A stretch of 63,021 nt of DNA, filler included, from Stramenopiles sp. TOSAG23-3 (Eukaryota), in NCBI GenBank assembly GCA_900128585.1. It is 3 parts of 3 records of this genome, joined end to end, with 100 filler letters (N's around TTAATTAATTAA, not from the genome) between each part and the next. Parts side by side here need not be neighbours in the genome. Positions count along the whole stretch, not along the records: positions 42,160 to 63,021 come from LT642367.1; 2 more parts are not named here. One strand, given 5' to 3'. Both the position numbers and the translations under genes were made by a program. Below the pieces are notes generated by a model. The model saw only the letters and a list, made by a program, of their open reading frames with translations, did no database searches and had not been told where the DNA came from. Below are positions 55,307 through 63,021 of this stretch, piece by piece (the stretch's first letter is position 1; each line of letters begins with the position of its first letter).

Positions 55307-56099
55307 AGATTGTCAAGATATGATGTTTCTATATTTTACAGTATTATATCTATTTATTTTCTGTTGTTGCTGTTGTAATCTCTTTGTAAAATTTTTGTTG
55401 TGACATTAGATTGTTTTTTATTTTTTTCATTCAATCTTTTATATCTTTTATCCCGAATTAATGTACCAGGAACCATTTACACTAGGACTACCTTCCCCCC
55501 TCTTATTTTTATATAAAATACCTTAATATATCAATTCTTTTTATTTACTAAAAATACTAATTATTCCTTATTTCATGAACCCTTTTTGTTTTGTTTTTTT
55601 TCTAGTAAGGAACTTAAATGCCAATTCTGAAGTTCTCAACGACCGTAAATTAATCATTAAGGTATCAAGTGCAAACTTTTACAGTATCGTATGTGAAGAA
55701 GTCGAAGAAATATCGATTGCTAAGAAGAAAAACTTAGCCGCAGTTTAAATTTACTCTGACATCCAGACATTAGACATTAGTAACTCAGTGAATTAAACAA
55801 ACCACTGTCAGTGCGCGGAAACAATTGAATGAGAATCGCCGAGAACAAAACGCATTTATTCAACAAACAAATAGCCGATATAGTCAATCATGGGAAATTA
55901 TTGAATAAGGACAGAATTTGTTATTTAAACGAGAAAAATAATTAAATAAAATTTTTTGTTTGTCTGAAAGTTTTGTGAGTACGAGTACTCAAACGGAGTG
56001 TTCTGAAGAGACGCAAAAACGGAATGAAAAGTGCGCTACTTTTGAGGTTTTGACCACTAGAATCTTAGCCTTAATTCTAACTATTTTATTATTCAAATT

Positions 56100-57098
56100 A
56101 TGTATTTGGTTTTTGTTTACCAGACCCAAGCCTATCCAAAGTTAACACAACAAAAATGTCGAGAAAAGAAACCCACTATCACATCGAAGGACAAACTGTC
56201 ACGCTATGCAATTTCGATTCTCAACAAAGAGAGGCGCCTGAATAGTGGTAGCGACATCAAGGCATCAAGATATTTATTCTCTTTGGACTTGACGCCTGCC
56301 ATTGAACAGCTCAAAGAGGCAGTCAAAGAACGCGTCAATGAGATGATGACAGAAGAGTTCCCTGACCCGGACCCTGAAGACATTCCGCTGGAATTTAGTC
56401 AAGCAGAAATTCAAGAACTGTCGACTGATAAATTCGTGTATGAAATAATCATGTCAGGTGATGAGGATTCGCTTGACCAAGCGAGCAACGATTCACTACA
56501 GCTGGAGTAAACACGCTAGATCTTACGATCAATGATCCTATCGACGTTAGCGTCGACACAGCAATGGTGCAGTGGTCAACAAAGGTTGTACAACTACATC
56601 CTGGAATGCCTCGACCAGTCAATCAAACGCCAAGTGCAAGAGCACATTGATCGGTTGCGACGAACCAAAGTTGCGAGGAACGAAGGTGAAGCGGTCCTTA
56701 CAGAACTTGACCGTCTCTACCTTGCTGATACAGCCTGAGAAGAGCAAAAGATGGCAATGGCTACCGAAACGCCGACCCTGTAGGATCTGACAAATGAAAA
56801 GATCTATTTCCATAAGGCCCTGGCTGCCCTAATGGTTTCAGAAGAAAATGAGAATGCCTCTTATCAATTGTCACCAACATCGGTAGTCATGAAGATTACT
56901 GCTGCACATGCCATAGGGACGTTTCTCTCATCGCAGGAGATCATAACGGAACTGGAAAATGCTGAATCCGCAGTCCAGACTTCCTCTGATATTGCAGAAT
57001 TTAGACCTACGCGAAGAAGGTTACTTTGAGCTTATCAAGAACGCGAAGAACTGATAGCCTCCCTGCAAGCTCAAGTCGATCGACTTGCCAAAGCATGA
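56100..57098 (+). pseudogene. Decayed single reading frame, possibly an LTR-retrotransposon gag
   Basis: ORFs 56100, 56532 and 56832 share one frame, broken only by in-frame stops (56508, 56517, 56736, 56781, 57027). QRLYNYILECLDQSIKRQV...GEAVLTELDRLY resembles the Copia gag helical core (by eye). Confidence 0.5.
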
Positions 57099-58056
57099 AA
57101 ATTGCAAGACGTTCAAAATGGCAAGACGTTCAATCTGAAAATTGCAGTCTGGTGTTATAAGTGCTTTAAAAATACCCGAAGCGCAATACAGCGTTCCGTG
57201 GTTACAGGTTACAATCAGCTAGGCATAACAAAGGAAATTATATATATCTGGTATTTAACTTATTTTATTGTAGTCAGTCAAAAGATGTGTATTTCAGTTT
57301 GGATTAGAGCCAAATTGGCAATCTCTACATCTCTGTACTCAAGTGTATACTAGAATATATGTTAATAGGGAACATACATATTTCGTAACAAAAAAGTAAT
57401 TGAGCATTAAGGTGAAATTGGCCGTAAGGATGCGGACGATTTAGCACGCAGTGTACGAAGCATCCATCAACGACCCGACATCACGCACGAACGCAACAGC
57501 GACAGAAGAAAAACAGTACAACTGAAAAAAACGTTTGGTCGTCCTTCTCGACTTCAAAATTTTACAATACCTTAGCAAATAAATACAATTATAAAAATGA
57601 CATAATTCCTTATTTGGTAAAAAATGTCTTGGAGACTTGGTGAATCCTTTTTCTGAACAATGCTGTGCTCTACTAAAAAAAATCAGGGAATTAAAATGAT
57701 ATAATACAGAAGTTGGTATTGAATTGGCGTTACAAGACGACAACTGCTATACCTTAGTATAAATTGAAAAGATAATAAAATCACCTACCAATTCGAACTG
57801 TAAATATTGGGGCCTGTACAACTTTGCGTGGCTTTTTTCATTTATAATTAAAAAAAAGATATAAGAATTACCCACCACAGCTGCAATTTTAACTCATGTA
57901 ATAAGTAACACTTGATAAAAAAATTTCAGCAATAATGACACACAATTGTCATACTAATCTGCGATTGCTGTTGCTACGACAAACATTAACTGACCAAACA
58001 TAAAACAAACAACCAGATTGGCAATGAAATGCACCCAACCGAAGTAAAACCCAAGA

Positions 58057-59463
58057 ATGGAAGAAGCAATATCGACAGTGTTTTGTAAATATTCCTCCCT
58101 TCGTAAAGAGATACCGTTGTTGAAAGTCCAACAGTCGCTCCTTTTATCAAGAATATCGGAGTTGCAGAAAGAGAACACACATCTTCGCGAGCATAAATTT
58201 GTCTATTCTTCTGGGGACAGAACCAATCAAAACAGGCCCTACGACGAATTTGCATTGTGCCAGAAACAATTTTCCTCAAAATGCCGAGAATATCTTCGCC
58301 GCAGACTGACTGAGCTGGGAATATCTGCTTCTGTTGTAATCCGGGACAGTGATAGCAACACAATCGATAAATCTTTATGCAGAAAATCGGAAAAACGAGA
58401 TTATTTGCATTCTACAACAAATTCTTTCCCTTCAAACACAGTAGATACAAACTATCGTGCACACCTTTCGCCGATCACAAGAGTAAATATTTTGAAAAAT
58501 CGTAACGTTTTGGCCTCATGTGATTGTTCTGGCACTATTAAATTTTGGAATATGCAGAAAATAGTTTCAGGGGTGTCTCGCCGCATGCACTTTCTGAAAT
58601 CGATTCAAGGGCACTGTGGTCCTATTCTTTCATCGTGTGTAATTAAATCATGCTCAATGGTTGTCACTGGGGGATGCGACTCTAGTATTAAATTGTGGAA
58701 TATTCATAATGTTGGCACAAATACTAACACTACAAGCGATCTCTCATCAATAGTCTTATCAGATCACACGGGACCAGTCAATGCTTTGAAATACATCACT
58801 TCACCAGCTGACAAAGACATATTGGTTTCTGCGTCGTCAAGTGATAAATCTATTAGACTATGGGATCTGGGAGCTGAAAAAAGTGCAACTTGTACTGCTC
58901 GACCAGTCGCGTTGAAAAAGTACGAAGAAAAACGCGGACCTATGAGCATAGCATGGGACAAGGGTTTTGGAAAACAGCTAATTGTTGGATTTGAAACAGG
59001 AGAAATCTGCGCATTGGATATTGAAAAAAACACGAAAAAAGTTCTGTACCGAATAAACGATGGTAATCAATGCGGATATCCTGTGAAAAATACTCTGACG
59101 ACGGCATCCAGTAGTCCTTTTGTTCTAGTCACATCACCCAATGGTGTTATAAATTGTATTGATCTAAGGGCAAGAAAAATATGCCTTCATGCAAAAATTA
59201 ACCATGGAGGGATAACAGCAATCGATTCTTGTAATTGTAACTCTTACCAATATGCATTTGGGGACCGGCTCGGGGGTGTTGGAATATGGGATCTCCGAAA
59301 ACGCGATATTCAATGTGGTTTAATGTGTACTGAGGAGGAGGAACCCATGAGTGCACAAGAATACACTGCGGATAAAGCCATTTACAGTATATCTCATCAT
59401 GACAAATATCGCATTTTTGCTGTAGGCAGTGGCAATAAAAAAATAAGTGTCTTTAAATACTAA
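58057..59463 (+). CDS. WD40-repeat protein with N-terminal coiled coil (striatin-like)
   Basis: LLSRISELQKEN coiled coil; WD repeats (GTIKFWN, GHCGPI...SIKLWN, DHTGPV...SIRLWD, VGIWD); the ending AIYSISHH...AVGSGNKKISVF is striatin-like. Confidence 0.75.
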   Translation: MEEAISTVFCKYSSLRKEIPLLKVQQSLLLSRISELQKENTHLREHKFVYSSGDRTNQNRPYDEFALCQKQFSSKCREYLRRRLTELGISASVVIRDSDSNTIDKSLCRKSEKRDYLHSTTNSFPSNTVDTNYRAHLSPITRVNILKNRNVLASCDCSGTIKFWNMQKIVSGVSRRMHFLKSIQGHCGPILSSCVIKSCSMVVTGGCDSSIKLWNIHNVGTNTNTTSDLSSIVLSDHTGPVNALKYITSPADKDILVSASSSDKSIRLWDLGAEKSATCTARPVALKKYEEKRGPMSIAWDKGFGKQLIVGFETGEICALDIEKNTKKVLYRINDGNQCGYPVKNTLTTASSSPFVLVTSPNGVINCIDLRARKICLHAKINHGGITAIDSCNCNSYQYAFGDRLGGVGIWDLRKRDIQCGLMCTEEEEPMSAQEYTADKAIYSISHHDKYRIFAVGSGNKKISVFKY

Positions 59464-60319
59464 TTTCAAAAATCTCTACGAAATTAACAAGTTATTTGCA
59501 CTGCACGCCGGGCATCATTAATTTGTATTCTGTAACAAGATTCGTATTTACGGGTAACTAAATAGTTTCAAATTATTATGTTAATGTGCAAGTATCCGAC
59601 ACATAGATAGATTGGCAGCAACCAAGTGAAGTACCCAGCCCGGCGATATAGTAACAACGAGTGCCGAATCTATCGGCAGAAGGTGGTTCAGCACATTGGA
59701 TCTAATGCAACATGTACTAATCTCTTAGCCTAGTATTCGATTGTGTGTTTCAGATCTGCAGACAGACCACCCTTACGGACCTTTCAGGAGACTGCGAGCT
59801 GGCGGCAGTCGCACGCAGGATCCAGGATGAACCAACCACCCAATCGCAAAAACAGGTTAATAGAACGGATATCCATCGAAAAGCAAAAGCCATCAGGATT
59901 TCTGCGCATGGATCAACCATCTCTGCATCAAAAGGGGTGAGCACCGAGGGGGAGGAGGATCTAGTGAATGGAAAGATACCACCAATTACTCACTCACTGT
60001 AGTGTTTCAGAGAAAATCGTGATAAACAACATGGAAAACAAAATGCCGGACAACCCAGTCAGATCACCTCTACGAAGTATTCCTCATTCCTCATCACGGT
60101 ACAGCTGCTCACAATGAAAGAGGGGCAGGTAAGTTAGTAGAAGGCAGGAACAAAATCTCGCGGCTCCATGATAGTTCGATAGTCATAGCGAGACACTATG
60201 TTTTGGAAAGGCATGGACTGATTATTCTAAAGGGGAGAAGCCAATGCAATAGCGAAACACGTTAAAGAAGCGTTTGGACAAACACACAACCCCAGCATAC
60301 GTGAATTTACTTTATGATA

Positions 60320-61050
60320 TGCTATACGGCGAAGAAGTGATAATCTCGCAAGAGTCTCCAAAGAGGGATAAAAATTTCAGGGACTTTGACTGGGACAAGG
60401 ATCGATTTGTTGAATACAGATCACCTTTACAAAGAAAAAAAACATTATTACTTGGTAGTAAAAGTTCATTGGAATATAACACTTCAGTGATTGACAACCA
60501 ACAAAAAAAAAGTTAGGTTTACGGTTGGAACAGAAATCGTAATTTGATATAAAATTTGAGTTTTAAAGTATACTAATATAATTTTTTTTCTTCTAAAATA
60601 GAACACAAGTACGCATCTCATATCATATTTTATAAAGAAAACAAATTATATATATGCTGTTCGAGTTTTGGTAATAAAGGGACGATTGATTCTCCAAGTG
60701 ACTCTGATGAGTTCGGCGAAGAAGTGATCTACTCTGGGATTTGGATCGATTTGTTGCGTACAAATCACCTTTAACAAGAAAAGAAAAATGATATTATGAT
60801 ATCATATCACTTGGTAGTAATTCTTCTCATTGGAATAAAAATAATTCCTCAGTGATTGACAATCAACGAAACGAAATTAAAAAATCAAATTAAAACTTGA
60901 AGATAGGACTAGGGTTGGAACTGAAATCGTAATTGATGAATGATATATAAAAAAATGAGAGTTTTAAAGCATATGATACCATGATATTTTGAAGATCACA
61001 CAAGGAATGAACCATCTACGAGTGAGGAAGTTGATTATGGGTCATGTGGA
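60320..61050 (+). mobile_element. Diverged tandem pair of internal family blocks
   Basis: 60328-60548 and 60715-60937 align (GGCGAAGAAGTGAT...GGATCGATTTGTTG...CAGTGATTGACAA...GGTTGGAAC.GAAATCGTAAT) and share the GTGATTGACAA block with 13260 and 17525. 60995-61045 matches the HTRN...EEVDYGS block. Confidence 0.7.
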
Positions 61051-61669
61051 AGCTGTGTGTGACGACCGGTATTCGTCACAGGTGCTATTTGCATATAGGT
61101 TTCTAATTCTGTTCAGTAAATTTTTTATGGATGTAATTTGAGTACGAGAATTCTTTTACATTTCGTAGAATTTCCTTTTGGTCTGGATTTTGTTGGAGAA
61201 GTACGATTCAGGGGTTTGAGTCACAAGAATATTCTTCGACATTTTGGATTGAAAGTTGTAAGTGCGTCAGCAGGATCATAGCAGTGGTGTTGAAAAGAAT
61301 TTCAGGACCGGCTTCCCGTGGGTCGAATATATCGATCTAGATACATCGGCATATAATAGAGTTTGAGGTGAAGTGATGATGACCCGAAGAAGGGCCGTGG
61401 CATCGCGATGGGTTAATGTCATCTCTCCTCTCAAACCGTGTGTGTCAACGTAGTCTACAAAGGTCACTTTGTGACATTTTGAGAATAGAAGAAAAGTTGT
61501 GAAGAAAGTTGGAAAGACTTTCCGGAACGACTCAAGCTTTAAGCGTAGATTAATATCCTAGTATAAACAATTACTCTACCTATTTACAGCACTAGATTTC
61601 AAGTACTTTGTATACTTGACATTTTCTTTAACTACATTGCATTGACATCTAGACGGTGTCATATGTATT

Positions 61670-61950
61670 AATCCATCTACCGATTCAGATCATAAATGGA
61701 GTACATCTGAGAATGATAGTCAATACTAAGTGACAAGGGTATATCGATTAGTAACACCAAAAGAGCAAAGATAGATACTATGATATATAATATATAAGAT
61801 CAAACTCAATACCGATCATTATGATATTCATTGAGCAGTACCACAGACAACGAGCCCCTTTAAAACATTTATGCCGCTGTGTACTATTAAGACCAATCAA
61901 TTGGAATCTTGACCAGAACTTGGGGAGGATCTGCAATAGGAGGAGATATA
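61670..61950 (+). mobile_element. Mosaic of family blocks
   Basis: Blocks match 9002-9071, 25917-25990 and the reverse complement of 43586-43622. Confidence 0.75.
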
Positions 61951-62229
61951 AAATTTATATTTTATTGAATAATAGTACAGATATCTAGTGTACAGATAGA
62001 TATCTATTGCATTAATATGACTTCTGGTATTTTTATATTTATTTGTAGTCTTGTTTGGTATTCAAGTATAAGAAAGGGAGGGTGTCTTTTTTAGATGGTT
62101 GATAATTTACTAATTACATTTTGATACATAAATGAGCTCTGAATGTCACACAAATGGCAGTCCTTGGGAATCGCCAACAACAGCAGTGGTCCTGAGCATC
62201 CTCATAGCCAGGCTTCGGAGATTCATTAA

Positions 62230-63021
62230 TTACCATTGTTTGCCCAAGTGTGTGCAGTGTTCTATTCCGTTTTCTACAAAACACTTTTTTAATTTAGGTA
62301 CGTTATCTGTCTTCGGAGCTGTCCCGCTCCCATTATCATAAACAGTGAAGTATGTGATTTTTTCCGTGCCACCTGTGGTGTCCAAATACATGAATCCAGA
62401 ATCGGTGCATTTACCAGCCTTTCCCTTACCTGCCCCCGATTGTCCTATTTGGAATCCTTTGGCGCCATATTTTTTATTGCAATGGTAATGAGCCATGATA
62501 AATTTGAAATTGTTCTTGTTGCATCCTTCTTGTTTCTCTGCGTATGCGTGAATATCAATGGTTCCCATTTTGGCAGGTGCGCCATACTCAGAAGATTTAA
62601 CCCAATGCCCAATTAGATATATAAAGGAAGGATTTGATGTTTTAAAATAGCTACATGCGGTTTTTACGAAGGTCTGAGTTTGTTTTAGGTTGCCAACTGA
62701 CGTATATCCAATTAAACCCACATTTCCTATCTGATAGTACCAATTAAAGTTGTCTTGATTTGCGGCACGCTTTGAGCTTGGGTCCACGCTAAAATCAAAT
62801 GGCGATAGGGAAGTACTCGCAATTGTATCTTGTGCATAAAATTGCATAAATCCATTGGCAAATTGATCTGTCGCTCTTGCTTTAGATGATAAACCACTTT
62901 GCCAGTAGTCGTGGTTGCCAGGGACTGTGAAAAAAATTCGTGATTTCAAAGATTTACTAAACTTTTTAAAGATGCCCTCAGAAATCTTTCCATTGGTATC
63001 ATAAAAGTTATCGCCCAGAAT
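62230..63021 (-). CDS. Calcineurin-like metallophosphoesterase (5' part outside the window)
   Basis: The frame is open from the window end: ILGDNFYD...VPGNHDYW...LIGHW...AHYHCN. Confidence 0.85.
   Translation of the reverse strand: MLGDNFYDTNGKISEGIFKKFSKSLKSRIFFTVPGNHDYWQSGLSSKARATDQFANGFMQFYAQDTIASTSLSPFDFSVDPSSKRAANQDNFNWYYQIGNVGLIGYTSVGNLKQTQTFVKTACSYFKTSNPSFIYLIGHWVKSSEYGAPAKMGTIDIHAYAEKQEGCNKNNFKFIMAHYHCNKKYGAKGFQIGQSGAGKGKAGKCTDSGFMYLDTTGGTEKITYFTVYDNGSGTAPKTDNVPKLKKCFVENGIEHCTHLGKQW

Noticed and set aside
56100-57098. Stop-codon reassignment as an explanation for the in-frame stops
   Set aside because: Conserved host genes have no internal stops and terminate with TAA, TAG and TGA. 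All three stop types interrupt the relic.
42160-63021. Contig 3 as a contaminant because its genes are AT-richer than those of contig 2
   Set aside because: It shares near-identical repeat-family blocks with contigs 1 and 2, which supports one genome.

Overview
Eukaryotic sequence, not prokaryotic. It is most likely a flagellated stramenopile (Sig1/mastigoneme-type EGF protein, axonemal dynein LC1, RIIa-domain guanylate kinase), with almost intron-free, GC-richer CDSs and very AT-rich spacers. The window is three contigs (1-21065, 21166-42059, 42160-63021) joined by artificial N44-TTAATTAATTAA-N44 linkers, so adjacency across them means nothing. Core genes: DNA primase small subunit, condensin CAP-H, proteasome alpha7, Clp1, DNAL1 and a striatin-like WD40 protein. 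Several signal-anchored or glycan-related proteins are also present (FkbM-like, kelch, GH-like beta-propeller, GT4, sulfotransferase). Highlights: (1) an intact HIT/HINT hydrolase fused to an M1 aminopeptidase; (2) a GT4 glycosyltransferase fused to a 2OG-Fe(II) oxygenase; (3) an unclassified dispersed element family with the terminal motif CAAGAAAATTGGCTGTTATTT (about 16 copies), shuffled and inverted internal blocks of one decayed ORF, found only on the 3' side of genes and supplying the stop codon of one host gene; (4) a recurrent AGACGACTA motif in 5' intergenic regions; (5) a coiled-coil protein with a pseudo-receiver domain. All family assignments come from motif recognition by eye, with no database searches.
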